The notes below the pieces were generated by a model. It was not told where the DNA came from. It was given only the letters and a program-made list of their open reading frames with translations, and made no database searches. From the NCBI GenBank assembly GCA_951406725.2, contig OX597815.1:67518001-67582000 (forward strand): 64,000 bases of DNA. Reading direction: 5' to 3'. The translations under genes and the position numbers were made by a program. Numbering within the stretch: position 1 is the stretch's first letter; the number at the start of each line of letters is the position of its first letter. Source of the stretch: Octopus vulgaris. Lineage: Eukaryota. Below, in pieces: positions 26,364-40,515 of the stretch.

Positions 26364-27155
26364 CATTGAAGGTCAGCTTGGATCTTGCTTGGTTACAATG
26401 TTATGCAGCCAAACTGGCGCATAATGGGAAAATACTATGAATTACTATACGAAAGGAATAAAACAATTTTCGCGTAAATCGGACAAGGAATTTTTGAGAT
26501 ATTAAGGGTTTTCGGAGTATAAATATTCCGTAAATAACTTAATCCTGAAGGGAAGAAATTCTTACCTTTCGATCAGACACAGTGACTTGACAACGGAAAA
26601 ATATGATTTTTTTTTTTCAGTAAATGTTTCTGTTTTCGCTTTTGTTAAATACAATATTTTAAGCATTTAGAAATATTTCTAAGTGAATATGATTTCAAAA
26701 ATATAAGTTGTTTCTACAGTAAGTATTTATATTTTAGCTTTCTTTAAACAGACAGTATTTTAATGTTTTTTTATAGATTATTTTCAAGTGAATACCGTTA
26801 CAAAAATGCCTTTAAAAATACGGTAGATATTTCATAAAAGACCTGTTCCCAACCTCGGTGTGAAATAATTTTTTTCATAGGTTTTTTTTCGAGTGCATTT
26901 TACGAATCTCACCTCCAAAGATTTGGCTACTGTTTCTAGCACGCCCTGCTACCACGATAAAGGACCCGAAATGCCTATTACGTGGCAGCAGGGCATGCAA
27001 GAAATAGCAGCCAAATATTTCCTTTTCTGGGGATGGAGCCGTGATTTCCATGTCACATTGGTTGAAAGCATGCGAAATAATCTGGAAATGAAAAATGAAC
27101 CTACTAAACAAAACTCAGACTTTCCCTGTGACCCAACGGGTCACGGGTAGTCTAG
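26340..27155 (+). mobile_element. Probable non-autonomous Helitron
   Basis: 3' hairpin GTGACCC-AAC-GGGTCAC (27128-27144) followed by CTAG (27152-27155); 5' end uncertain within (TA)n. Confidence 0.5.
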
Positions 27156-27268
27156 CCTATGATATATAACAGTTATTATTATACTATGTGTCTTCCATAG
27201 CAGCTTTCTCTCCGTAACTTACAAAGCCTTTCGAGTTTGTTTACAAATATTATATGTATGTATGTATA

Positions 27269-27348
<80 letters not shown>

Positions 27349-27355
27349 ATATATA

Positions 27356-27859
27356 TCTATATATATAAAACTCTAGTTGTGTGAGTGTCTGTCCCCTTCG
27401 ATTTAGATTCCTAACTCCTCCCACATTTTGCGGTGCAGTTTAACCAAATTCGGGTATCTTATAGTCGTGATTCATATCGAGCCCGTCTGACTATTAGCGC
27501 GCGTCAACGATGAGTCTACGATTTTAAAAATAATTTAACATCATTTTTTATTCCATTTTAATGCATAAAATGCATCGTGTGTCGATGGCGCGGAGTTGGC
27601 GTCCACGCTCACAGCTGCACCTGTTTGCTTCTCCCCCTTCCCTCCCTCGTGAAGCTGTGGGGAAGGGAGTGTAAAGAAATCAACGTCGTAATGCGTTGTG
27701 AAGGAAACCAGCGTTCTTTTAGAACAACGACTTCATGGCTTGAAGACACCAAAACAAAAATGGCTAAGAAAGCCCGAATTTATAAGGGAAGTAACTCTCT
27801 AAAAATGCTTATATAGTTATTTCCCTTACAAACCCGAGCAACGCCGGGTGATACTGCTA

Positions 27860-27860
<1 letters not shown>
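27356..27860 (+). mobile_element. Complete non-autonomous Helitron
   Basis: A|TCTATATATATAAAA 5' end, 3' hairpin ACCCG-AGCAACGC-CGGGT, terminal CTAG|T; inserted between A and T with no TSD. Confidence 0.85.
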
Positions 27861-27947
<87 letters not shown>

Positions 27948-27964
27948 AGAGAAAGAGAGAAAGA

Positions 27965-29790
27965 GAGAAATTATGAGTTGGAGGTTATGCAACCGTCTAA
28001 GGGATAAATGTATCCGTAGGCTCTGCTGGTACATTACCTAACTATGTATAGACCTTGCTTTAAGGTTAACAGTAGTTGGTAATTTGAAGGATAAACCGTG
28101 GTTTAATATATTCAGATGAAAAAGGAAATGGAGCAACAAGTAACAATTAAGTTGATCATTAGTATTGAATGATCATAGTTTAATTATGGTTAAGATAACA
28201 TTTACAGCTGTTTCAGTTTGTTATTTTTTAGGTAAACTTGTGTTTACTTCGTTCCATGTAACATACATCATCAGAATGATTTGAGCTTTATCATAGGAAT
28301 ATTGACACGACATCGAAGGTTAACAGGAGAAAAGAAAAGGAAAAAAGAAAAGGAAAAAAAGAAAAGGAAAACGGAAAAGGTTCGTTAGGTCTTTAGGCTT
28401 ACATTTTTGCGTCCTTAAAAGATGACGCGTATGTCTACAGTTGCTTCAAGTAGATGAATGGAGCAGTGAGTGGGGAAAATGACCAGTTGACCGGCGGAGT
28501 TTGTCGAAAGCGTTATACCTGGTAGTAATATCCAGTATCTTTAATCGTAACAAATAACGCTATTTGAGTTCGCTAGATAAGTCGATATGATTACAAACGA
28601 CCTAGTTAAAAATTAAGGACGTTCTTAAAAGTTTAAGTGCGATATACGGTATAAATCTGGGTTACGTAAGTAGGTATAATAAATAAAGTGTTGTTATGTT
28701 TGGCCAGGGTTTACTATTCGTTAATATAATTAAAACAAATCAACTCGGCTAGAAGAGGATAAATCGCTCGTTTAATCGTATATATGTTAATGGCAGCACT
28801 AGCAATTAGTATGTTAGTGATCTAACTTTAATGTGAATATATTAAGGAGAATTATAGCTCCGGGTGTACATCGTGCATCTAAGATAAATAATTCTGTTGG
28901 TCGAAGAAAATTGAATATAATTGTGGTTTATGATATGTCGTGCTATGTGGTAAGGGGGATTGTCAAAGGGAGGTAATCAGAGGTCAGACAAGTCAGCTAA
29001 TAAGCAGTATTGAAAGGTAGGTATTAGTGGTATTTAGAGAATAATAATTTATCTTTATGTAAGCATGTGAAGTTTTTCTCATCTCGTTTATTATGCAATT
29101 CTGATTAGAACATTAAAATGAAGAATTTATCATTTATGCATAAATTGCAGCGTTTATTATTAAGGTTGTATGAAGATGTTTTGGTTAGGATGCGCCATTC
29201 TAATCTATAATTAATATTATTATCTTTAAGTTCCCAGATGTAATTGCTTAATCCTGTAGAGTTAATCTTATTTCTATTCCTGAAGCTTGAGAGATGGGAA
29301 TTATATCTAAGTTTCATTTCATTTTTAGTAGCTCCTATATAAGTATTCTTGTAATTATTGGAGAATACATCACATTGGTAGATTACATTCTTAGTTTTAC
29401 ATTTATTCATGAACTCACAAGTATTTTTATCTCTGCAACCACATAGATTAGTAGGATTATCTGTACCTATAATATGGTGAGGGGGATTATCATTTATAAG
29501 GTGGTTGTCCGTATTTTTAGAGGTCGAGTTATTTGGGAGATCGTTTATTATATCAATCGATTGGTTGTTGTAGTTATTATTGTTATTCTTCTTAGTTTCG
29601 TAGACAGAGTCTAGCTTTTTGTTGTTAATGGAGGCTATAATAGCAGCTAGGTTGCTAGTTGGGCTATGGCCTATTCTAATTTTATTACTAAATATTTCTG
29701 AGTATTTCGTATTCATATTAAAGTGCTTATTTATAAGGCTCATTAAAGGTTTAACTATATTGGTTTTTAGTTGCATCGCGAAGGGGATTA
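27965..29790 (-). mobile_element. Penelope-like element (Naiad-like) 3' part: linker, GIY-YIG endonuclease and terminal repeat
   Basis: ORF 29105-29995 contains CGCRDKNTC (CxCx5C), VIY...YIG...R...H and RCNLC; NKR and CLH follow after a stop and a frameshift; hammerhead at 28199-28278. Confidence 0.85.
28199..28278 (-). ncRNA. Type I hammerhead ribozyme of the Penelope-like element
   Basis: Reverse complement: CATT-CTGATGA-TGTATGTTA...TAACAAACT-GAAA-CAGCTG-TA-AATG; stem II 7/9 pairs, palindromic stem III, GUA site. Confidence 0.72.
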
Positions 29791-29986
29791 TATATGTATA
29801 ATGTATATACATACATACATACATACATACATACATACATACATACATACATACATACGAATCCTTCAAGGCGGTGGAACGGCATGGCCGCAATCTAATG
29901 ACTGAAACAATTAAAAAATGAAAGAACAAACGTATGCATGCACACGCACATACGCACATAAGCACATATTTATATATGAATGTGTG

Positions 29987-30027
<41 letters not shown>

Positions 30028-30034
30028 TCTTTTA

Positions 30035-30295
30035 TTCTTTTATTTCTTTCAGTCATTTAATTGCGGCCTTGATGGAGCACCACCTTTACTCGGAGAAATC
30101 GGTCATCGATCCCAGGACTTATTCTTTTGTAAACCTAGTACTTATTCTATCGGTTCTTTTGCAGAACCACTAAGTTACGGAGACGTAAACACAGAACATC
30201 CGTTGTGAAGCGATGGTGGGGGGACAAACACAGACACACAAACATATACATATGCATACATATATACATACATACATACATACATTACATTCATA

Positions 30296-30360
<65 letters not shown>

Positions 30361-30522
30361 GACGGGATTCTTTCAGTTTCCGTCTACCAAATCCATTCAC
30401 AAGGCTTTGGTAGGCCCGAGCTATAGTAAAAAGACACTTGCCCAACGTACCACGCAGTGGAACTGAACCCGGAACCATATGTTTGGTAAGCAAGCTACTT
30501 ATCAGATAGCCACTCCTGCGCC
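30035..30522 (-). mobile_element. SINE family B full-length with expanded internal microsatellite
   Basis: Colinear with 47865-48260 in reverse; (TACA)n/(TA)n at ~30240-30358. Confidence 0.9.
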
Positions 30523-31470
30523 CGTATAAGTACACGTTTATCTACTTTGGTTATACATCACCCTGTAATGCACTTGCACACATCATCAGTGATGTTTCAT
30601 TGGTTCATTAGGTGTTTCGGATCATTCAACAATCAGATATTCTTAGCCACGTGATCAAGTCCTAGCTTGTATCCAGTTCCCGCTACGCCTGGTATAATGA
30701 AGGCAATGAACTCAATGAAAGAAGCCAATGCAGAGGAGGCACAAATTGTTAACTAATATCGTATTAGTTTAACGCTTAAAAGAAAGTGAAAGACTCTTGA
30801 CGTGACTGGAGTAACGTGTTTCAGGAGAGAGGAGCTGGGTAAGGTTAAGAGAAAGGGAAGGGATAAGAAGTGAATAGGAACTTGAGGCTGAAGTGAAGAT
30901 GGTATGGGAAGTTGCGAAGGTTTGGATATTATCGCTCTCTAGCATCATACTAAATATAAGCACATCATAAGAAGAAATGATGCGGTCGAATTGTCTGAAA
31001 TAAAATCTCTTCACAGACTCATTTAAAAACCGTGCTCCAGACTCCATATTGGAGTGAGCTGAATATCATTGCTATGATTTATGAGAGCGACAAATATATT
31101 TCGCCTTTCTTGAAGCTCATTAATGTCGCGCATCCGATTGTCTCCTGCTTAAATGAAATTCATACCTCGATGTGTTGGAAACTTTGAATAGAACTTTGAA
31201 AGTATACATGCCAGGCAAATGAATATTGCAGAAGCCCGCCGAGCTGTAGTAAAACTCATTTCACGCAATTGAAACAACATTAAATCAAAGTCACCGTCTG
31301 TGTGTCATACAAATGAAAACACACCGTTAGAAGGTATGATGCTGTGAAATTCTCTGAGATTAAATTTCTTCATTGTAGGAGTAATATTTGTAATAGTAGT
31401 AGTAGTAGTGTAATTGTAACTGTTGTGGTAGTTATAGAAGTAGTAGTGTTGGTAATAGTTACTGTAGTAA

Positions 31471-31510
<40 letters not shown>

Positions 31511-32527
31511 CGTAGTAGTAGTAGTATGTAATAGTAGTAGTTGTTATGGCATTAGTAATGCTAATAGTATTTTTAGTAGTAGGATAAAGTATATGCAATT
31601 GCTTTAATGGTCCTCTAAGTAGTTGTAGAAGTAATGGCAATTGTACTTATAGCAGTAGTATAATTGTTATCTGTAGTAGTATCTATGTTGTAATAATTCT
31701 AGTAGTAGTAGTAGTAGTAGTAGTAGTAGCTGCTGTTGTTGTTGTTGTTGTTGTTGTTGTTGCTGTTCTTATTGTTTAGCTCCTACGGTGGTTCTGAACA
31801 CAAACATCCACAATGAAAAGCCTTCCAATTTATATCCAACCAGTCTTCCTTTTCAGGCACAGAATAACTCACAGACATACATTATCCAATATATACATTT
31901 CGCTTGATATGGTAGACCATGTTCTGAAAATATATGTAGCTGCTATTTTTAGCACATAAAATAAACTCCATCGTTAACTCGTTTGACCACTCGTCGGACA
32001 CTGAGCTGCAGTTTTCTACAAGAAGAGTTTTGTTGCAGTGATATGTAGTAAATAGTTTTCAATTAGTGAACAAGAGATGGTATTTCTATGATAGCACTTC
32101 TAGTCAAAGCTATAACTTGACTAAAAGCCTGCGCAAGCGGTAAAAATATGAAATAACGAAAATATAAAGATTCTTTTCAATGGTTGTTGGAATCGATAAT
32201 AGCTAATCATATATCTAAAATAGATATTGGAAAACGCTATTCTTGGAAGATGTACGTCTGTGTGTATGCATGTACATGTATGTATTACGTTTGGTTTGTG
32301 TGTGTGTATATGTATGCGTGAGTGTCTATATATATATATGTATATACACACGCCCGTATGTCAGTATGTGTATGCATCAGTATGTGTATCTATGTGCGTA
32401 TACACACATACCTATATGCATATATGTATGCTTGTGTATCAGTGCGTGTGCATGTCTGTGTTTGCGTATGTATGTATATATATGTATGTATATATGAGTA
32501 TATATATACATATATATATGTATATGA

Positions 32528-32609
<82 letters not shown>

Positions 32610-32752
32610 ATATACATATACATATATATGTATTAAACTTTAAGTAAAAAATATATATTGTTATATGTATGTGTGTGTGTGATTGTTTCATAGAAAGAAT
32701 GTTAGAAAAAAAGATAGACAAATAAGCAAAAAGAAAGAAAGACAGAAAAAAT

Positions 32753-32827
<75 letters not shown>

Positions 32828-32869
32828 GTAGATAATCAGATAGATATTAAATTATCATTATAAAGAAAA

Positions 32870-33190
32870 GCTTTGACCTGTCCACTACAGGATCTAGCTC
32901 TCTCCCATAATTCCACACGGTTCATAATCCTGAGATGCTTTATATTATTTACCGCTGAACTGGTGTAATTTGTCTTTCTATCAATTCCTTTGTTTGCCAT
33001 CATATCTTATATTTTCAAAGATATCCAACCTGTTGTGCAGATCACCTCCAATATTTATCGTTCATTCTCGTTACTTTCTTTGCACATTTCCCTCCTTTAC
33101 TGTTATTTTACTGTCATGATGGTGTCTCTTATGTTCGTATTTTTATAATATCTGCATGTCTATGTACTTGTTTCCTCAGTTCTTAGAATC
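32870..33190 (-). mobile_element. Possible highly decayed RTE-type LINE 3' remnant
   Basis: Fragments IRDTIMTVK, RMNDKYW and TTGW weakly resemble RTE C-terminal motifs. Confidence 0.3.
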
Positions 33191-33302
33191 TAGAAGATTA
33201 AATACGATTATAAATGGATCTCGGTGGGAATTTCTGACCAACCATTAGCGTTCAGCTGTTTGATCAGCTGAACTACCACGATCATTGAATTAAAGTGTAA
33301 TT

Positions 33303-33364
<62 letters not shown>

Positions 33365-33393
33365 TAATAATAATAACAATAATAGTAATAATA

Positions 33394-33440
<47 letters not shown>

Positions 33441-33450
33441 AATAATAATG

Positions 33451-33529
<79 letters not shown>

Positions 33530-33535
33530 TAATAA
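33303..33535. repeat. (TAA)n/(TGA)n compound microsatellite
   Basis: Direct reading. Confidence 0.95.
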
Positions 33536-33539
33536 AAAT

Positions 33540-35305
33540 ACTGAACATGACTTGGATTGATTACCAGAAAGCATTCGACAGTATTCCACATTCATGGATG
33601 CTGAAATCTCTTCTCACAAATAAAGTAGCCCCACCACTACTAAAATATATTAAGCATGCAATGGCAAACTGGAAAACTAGTATAACATTAAAAAATGGCT
33701 CACAAGTTATTAAAACCTACCCTATACCCATCAAAATTGTTCAGAGTTTCAGCAATGACATCGGAATGAGAATGGGGCTGGGAAAATGTGCCGGTTTACA
33801 CTGAGAAGAGGCAAATTATTCAGCACTAAAAACACTGTACTTCACATAGACACAGAAATTAGAGAATCAGACCTCACCTACCACACAAATATCTAAGAAT
33901 AGAAGAAACAGCTAAAATACAACACATAAAAATGAAAGAGAAAATTAAAAGAAGGTATTACAGAAGAGTTAGACTAATATTAAACACTGAACTTAATGCT
34001 AAAAATAAGATAGTAGGGATAAACACGCTCGCCATACCAGTCATAAGCTACAGCTTTAACTTAATAACCTGGAAGATCAGTGAACTGAGAAACTTAGATA
34101 GAACAATCAGAAAACTACTAACAGCGTACCGAAGTCAGCACCCCAAAGCAGACGCAGACAGAATATATCGATCTCACTCAGAAGGAGGTCGCGGCCTGAT
34201 ACAAATAGAAAATTACTATAAAATAACAGTTGGACTAGAAAAGTACTGAGAAACAAAGAGGGGAAGACTACTGCATGTAGTAATGCATGAGAAAAAGAAA
34301 ACGCTTTTCTCTATACACAAGGAAGCGACAAAATACAAAACAGAAGCAAAATACACTGACATACTGAACTCAGAAGACAACATTGCAGAAATAGTAGTAG
34401 ACAAAAAACAGCATGAAAACTCAATTACAAAAGATACTGAAGAAGAAATGGAGAGAAAAATCACTTCATGGCCAATACCCTGCAAGGCTTGACAGAGAAG
34501 AAGTGAGCCTAAGTAAAAGCCAACAATGGCTCAAAAGCTCTGGACTAAAAGCCGAAGCCATAAACAATTGCCTGATTATAAACAATTATAAAAACTTAAT
34601 GAAAACAGGTCTCAACACTAAATGCAGAATGTGCAACCAGCACACTAAGACAGTTGATCACATCATCATGGCTGCTCAGTCATTGCCAAGTCTGAATATG
34701 TATACAGACACGACAAAGTAACCAGTTATATTCACTGGGCAATATGTCAACATTACAACATCAAAACTGACAGCAGGTGGTATAAGCAGGTGGCCAAGCA
34801 AGGTACAAGACAACGATCAGGTCACAATCATCTGGGATATGCCGGTTCACACCGACAAAGTAATAAAGCTAATCGCCCGGACATAGTAGTCAAGGATTAG
34901 GGGAAAAACACCTGCTAGCTAATAGACATTGTAGTCACTTCTGATCAAAATATTGTTAAAGAAGAAATGGAGAAATTGTCGAAGTACAAAGACCTCAAAC
35001 TTGAAGTACTCAAAATGTGGGCCATGAAGGTAAAAACAATACCAATAATGATTGGAGCATTGGGCATGATAAAAGAATCATATGAACAAAAGTGTAGAAG
35101 CTATACCTGGATCCTCAATACTACACACTGTCCAAAAAATAGTTCTACTAGGAACGGCCCACATCCTACGCAAGACACTATCAATCCAATAATACAACCT
35201 AAACAAAACAACCCACAAATATGACATTCTATAAAATATTTATCTAGTGAAATAAACTACCACCAGAAAGTTAAAAAAACAAAACATTACGCACTCAACA
35301 CACAA
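33540..35305 (+). mobile_element. R4/Dong-type LINE, 5'-truncated, decayed, with internal RT deletion
   Basis: TWIDYQKAFDSIPHSW, FSNDIGMRMGLGKC, HPKADADRIY...GGRGL, CRMC...H, MEKLSKYKDL...IGALGMI; the QGD-YMDD segment is absent; starts directly after (TAA)n. Confidence 0.9.
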
Positions 35306-35464
35306 TTGTGTACTGTTTTGTGTTATTTCTTTTATTCCTTGAGGTGTGGTTCTGTCTTTTGTTGTGTTACTGCTTGTATTGTGTTGAGTGTGTAATGCTT
35401 TGGTTTATTTCGGCTTGCTGGTAGGAGTTTATTTCACTTGGTAAATGCTGTATAGAGTGTCTTG

Positions 35465-35539
<75 letters not shown>

Positions 35540-35548
35540 GTTATTATT

Positions 35549-35587
<39 letters not shown>

Positions 35588-35629
35588 GCTGTTGTTGCTG
35601 TTGCTGTTGTCTTTGTTGTTTTATTTTAT

Positions 35630-35750
35630 TTTTCTTTCAACTTTGTTTCCTTTTCTTGCCGTGTTCTTCCCGACACCTTGGACAAATAAACTCACTGTAT
35701 ACATCGATAAGCCATCGAAATAAGCACACCAGATTGTTCATTGCAAAATT
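35630..35750 (-). mobile_element. Dong-type LINE 3' UTR fragment
   Basis: Reverse complement of 61740-61852; preceded by (TTA)/(TTG)n. Confidence 0.75.
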
Positions 35751-35789
35751 GAATAAAGTTATGCGAAAAAATACTACATGGGCAGTAAT

Positions 35790-35990
35790 CGTTCTCATTG
35801 ACGGACTAAGATGGCAATTATTCTTGTGTTAAGTGGTGCACTTTGCACAAACCTCAAACTGCTGTCTAAGAGACTGAAAGGTGTTGGAAGTGAGACTCCC
35901 ATTGTCGACTTGCAAAAAAGTACAATCCTGTTTTTTGCAAGAATCTTCAGAAAGATTCATGAGATTTTAAAAGACTTTCAGTCATTAACC
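35790..35990 (+). mobile_element. Old Dong-like C-terminal remnant
   Basis: ILVLSGAL...LQKSTILFFARIFRKI parallels IPVIVGAL...VQKIVLTGTSHVLRR. Confidence 0.5.
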
Positions 35991-36619
35991 TCAAGACAGT
36001 ATACCTACTACCTAATATAACATGTAATCATTTTAGTAAGCAAAAAGAATATCAAAATAATATTTATAAATATTTAACAAATGAATCAGTTGATCAAATA
36101 CAGAGATGGTTGTACGGTGTGGTGTTGCTTGGAATTATCAAACATACATTGCACTGGGTGTTAGAACACCTGAAAGTCATAAACAGGCGAGACAACTCGT
36201 CCTAGATATTATTCAGAAGTGACTCCCATCATTATGAGATATCTTGTATTGAGGAAAAAATCAGTTTAGAATTGCTTCATGAATTTACAAGATGGGAGAT
36301 AGAGGACTTGGAAATTATTAACTTATTTAGATTCTTTTAAAGAAATACCATAGGAAAAAAGGGCTTTATTTTTATTCATTGATAGTTTAATCTATAATTG
36401 TTTCAATCAAGATGATGAGTTCGAGTTAAAATACCAAAAGTAAACTGTTAAAAATAGATAATTATTTGAGCACACAAATAATAATTCCGTTATCAGATTA
36501 TAATCGATATCAAGGTAAACAAGAGATGCAGATGAATTATCTTCATAGAAATCTAATTCACACACAGAAGCACACACATACACGTAAATTATACACACGT
36601 CATTATACATAGTGAAGTG

Positions 36620-38260
36620 CTAAATAAACAAGTGAAATTCTAAATAAACAACTCCAAAGTGTCTTGACCTCTACACTGGGAAACATGCAAATAAGCAAGC
36701 CTGAAGCGTTTTTCAACACTGTATATCTACATGAGAAAGAAGCAACTATCGATTATATCGATACAAAATAAGTTGTTATATCGGCCATTGATAAAATAAA
36801 CTCAAACTCCGCAGCGGGACCAGATATGTTTCCAGCTGTTATTTTAAAGATATGCTAGAAAGTTCTTGTAAAACCAGAGCAGTTGCTTTTCAAAGTTTCC
36901 TTGGATGTGGTAAACTTCCCAAATTGTTAAAAGAAAGTATATGCCCTGTTCACAAAAGAGAAAGCAGAACAGATGCTAATGATTACGGACCTATCTCTCT
37001 TACTTCACAAGGTCATGGAAAGCATTTTCTGAAGGAGGCTGCTCACGTTCCTGGAAGAAAATAGCTTGCTCACAAGCACACAACATGGTTTCTGTCCAGG
37101 GAGGAAATGTCTCACGTAGCTACTACAACATTATGACCAGATACTGAAACAGGATCTCAACCACTCGAATCTGGATGTGATATATCTTGACTTTGCCAAG
37201 GCCTTTGACAAACTTAACCATGGGATGGTATGTCGCAAACTGCGAGACCTTGGAATCGCTGGAAAACTGGGAGAGTGGCGGCGTGACATTTTAAAAAGCA
37301 GTAATCAGACAGTTGCAGTCAATGGCGCTTTCTCTAGTGAGACATCAATTCGCAGCAGTGTCCCTCAAGATACTGTACTGAGACCACTACTGTTTGTGAT
37401 GGTTTTCTCAGACATGCTCGCAGTCATACTTCCAGACACTCTCACAAGCTATGCTGGTGATACAAGACTATAATAGGTGGCCAAGGACCCTGATGGCATA
37501 ATAAATTGCAAAACGACCTGAATGCAATATACAAGTGGGCTGATGAAAATAACATGTAGTTCAATGTTGAAAAGTTTCAAGTACTCCATTGTCAGCCCAC
37601 AAATAGACTACAGTCGGAATACACAGGACCAGGATGTTGTGCAATTCCAGAGTCAGAGTTAGTGCATTGACCTGGGAATCCACATGAGTAATGATTCCAC
37701 AGTCAATGTGCATATTACTAAGATGGCAGCAGTGTGCAGGCGAGTAGCTGGATGGATTCTGAAATCATTTAGAACCAGGAAAAGAGATACCATGCTATTC
37801 TAATGGGGAACTTTCTTTCTCAGTCGTCTGGGTGGCAATCCAACGTCACTGCACAAAAAAGATAGACTCTGTGACACAGATGAGCTACTGGGAGAAGCTA
37901 AATGAACTGGAGCTCTACTCCATAGAGAGAAGGCATGAAATATATGCAGAGATATACATATTGAAGATTCTGGAAAATCTAGCTCTCAATCAAACTGGAC
38001 AGTACTGCATGGTACCAAAGATTCCATCTTCTCCAGCTGGAATAAGGGCGCAGTACTGTAACGGGTCGTGTTTTAATGGTCCTCAACTGTCCAATATCCG
38101 GTCAAACAACCTTAGAGATTTACGAGGTGCGTCTGGAGAAATTTATGTCTGAGATGCCAGATGAACCTCCATCGCAACAGGAGACTCAAAGAAGAGCAGC
38201 TCCATCAACATACTATTTCATCAGAAACAGTACAGAAAAGAACTCAAACGCACTGAAAGG
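36620..38260 (+). mobile_element. CR1/Jockey-group LINE reverse transcriptase pseudogene
   Basis: YGPISLTS, QHGF, IYLDFAKAFDK, VPQDTVLRPLLF (decayed VPQGSVLGPLLF), YAGD (decayed YADD), SYWEKLNELELYSIERR; many stops and frameshifts. Confidence 0.85.
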
Positions 38261-38314
38261 TGGGGTTCCATACATAAATACATACATACATACATACATA
38301 CATACATACATACA

Positions 38315-38397
<83 letters not shown>

Positions 38398-38499
38398 GTC
38401 ACTATAGTGATTGAGGGCACTGGTCAACACCAGAATTGCTTGAAATAGCGACATATATATTTCTGCTCTTCGGTTGTGAAATTGTTAACAAGCCACCCT

Positions 38500-38549
<50 letters not shown>

Positions 38550-38989
38550 TGTATATTGTGTGTACGTGTCCCAGAATTAACTATGAATATCAGTGAAATC
38601 GGACAATTTTGTTAAGAAGTCACTTTTATTTATGTTTATCATGTTTAATGTGTTAAAAGTGTATAAATTTAAACTTTTATTTAGAATTCTATAATTTTTA
38701 TAATTTCTTTTTAATAATTCTATTTTCATTCCTGTTGGATCCCGCTTATCTGTCCATGACAGTTTTTTAAAAATTTGACTCCAATCATTTTCTCTATCTG
38801 AATCCCCTGCACGAAGCAATAGTTTAGCTGAACTTAAAGAACGCATTCAGTTAATAATGTAGGGGATAACTCCTGAAATGTGTTTCGCAACGCTAAGGAT
38901 AGATTTGAAATTTACTGAGATACAAGCGAAGTATATGTTGAAAGTCTTCAATAAAGTTTTGACGTAAGATTTATAAATCTGTGCCATAA

Positions 38990-39522
38990 CAAACTGAAGA
39001 GTGTTTAGGCCTTTCTCCTTCACGTGGTCCAACGTTACAGGCTGTATATACCTCGACATACTGTCCATTTGGTTGTTGCCCCAGTTAGGTAAAGAGGTAC
39101 TCGAATTTATTATACAGCCACATTGGAATAGACACGTACACGATTCCATTAGCCAGTATCTTGCAGAACTTGCTGGATGAATGATTTGTCATTGATGGTC
39201 TGCCACCTGCTCGGTCCCCCGACCTAACGTCTTGCGACTTTTTCTTTTGTGGGTATCTGAAAGACAAGGTGTTCATACCCCTATTTCCACAAGATTTACA
39301 GGGGCTAAAGCGATGGAAAGGTGATGCGGTCAACTCAATCCGGCCATGCTGGAACGGATGTGGTAAGAACTACACTATCACGTAGACGTATGCTCATACT
39401 GAACGTTTGTGATTGTCAGAAAAAAACTTGAAGAGTTAACCTTTTATGTTACATCTGTAGTTTTGTAATATATCCATTACAACTATTTTCTTTTTGTACT
39501 ATTCCTTTTGAATTATCCTCTA
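38990..39522 (+). mobile_element. Tc1/mariner-superfamily transposase C-terminal pseudogene
   Basis: NVTGCIYLDILSIWLLPQL and PARSPDLTSCDFFFCGYLKDKVF (WPPRSPDLTPCDFFLWGY-type motif); a second weak piece SLAELKERI...ITPEMC at ~38820-38885. Confidence 0.75.
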
Positions 39523-39701
39523 AATGTATGTATGCATGTATGTATGTATGTATGTATGTATGTATGTATGTATGTATGTATGTATACACACACACAAGGA
39601 AAGACATACACATGAGTATACAGACTTGGTATCGCAAACACAGGATAAATAGAACTCAAAACATGAGTATATATTTTTTATTATCTTTAATCGATTAAAC
39701 A

Positions 39702-39747
<46 letters not shown>

Positions 39748-40369
39748 AGTGCGTGTATTGAATGTAAGTTTGTATATTTGTATTTTGTGTCTGTGCGTAT
39801 TTTCATATATATAAAACCGAGATATATGAAGCCAAAAAGAACAAAACTTGAAACAGCAAGACGAAGCGGCAAGACTCATAAAAAATTATTTATTAGCTCA
39901 AAATACAATATCGTTATACATATATATCGGATGTTTATTAATTTTCAGTTTTAAATTATAAAGTAATAAATTTGCTCACACATATCTAGAGACCATCTAT
40001 TGACCCAGCAACCATCTGTTTTGTTAACTGAAGGCAACGGATACCAACATATTAGTAAATAGCGAATCTGGCTTTGTTCATTTTTTTTTTTTAAGTTCGT
40101 TTTTATTTGCTACAACAGAGAAAAGATCTACTGATATAACTGAAAATAAATAGTTTATGGTATATTAGTTAATTTGTAAATGAACTTACACAAAACACCG
40201 GCTAATATTACAATATTACACCTGATACTAATGTTTAGTGATATTAAAATTTACAATCGAAACAGGCAGCTTTAAAAGGATGCTATTAATAGAAACGAAC
40301 ATACTGCGTCTTGCAAATACATACATGCATACATACATACATACATACATACATACATACATACATACA

Positions 40370-40405
<36 letters not shown>

Positions 40406-40465
40406 TATATATACATTACATATATATATATACATACATATATATATATACATTATGTATATATA

Positions 40466-40515
<50 letters not shown>

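Noticed and set aside
29040-29110. Selenocysteine read-through in the Naiad-like ORF
   Set aside because: The stop is TAA, not TGA, and is followed by a frameshift
29791-29995. N-terminus of the 296-aa ORF
   Set aside because: Comes from (TACA)n and a SINE tip fused in frame; not part of the Penelope protein
30769-31047. 92-aa non-repetitive ORF
   Set aside because: No recognisable motif or splice support; may be decayed LINE sequence
38396-38500. TA-flanked island with GGGCA...TTGCTTGAAA hairpin
   Set aside because: No CUGANGA core; cannot be called a ribozyme
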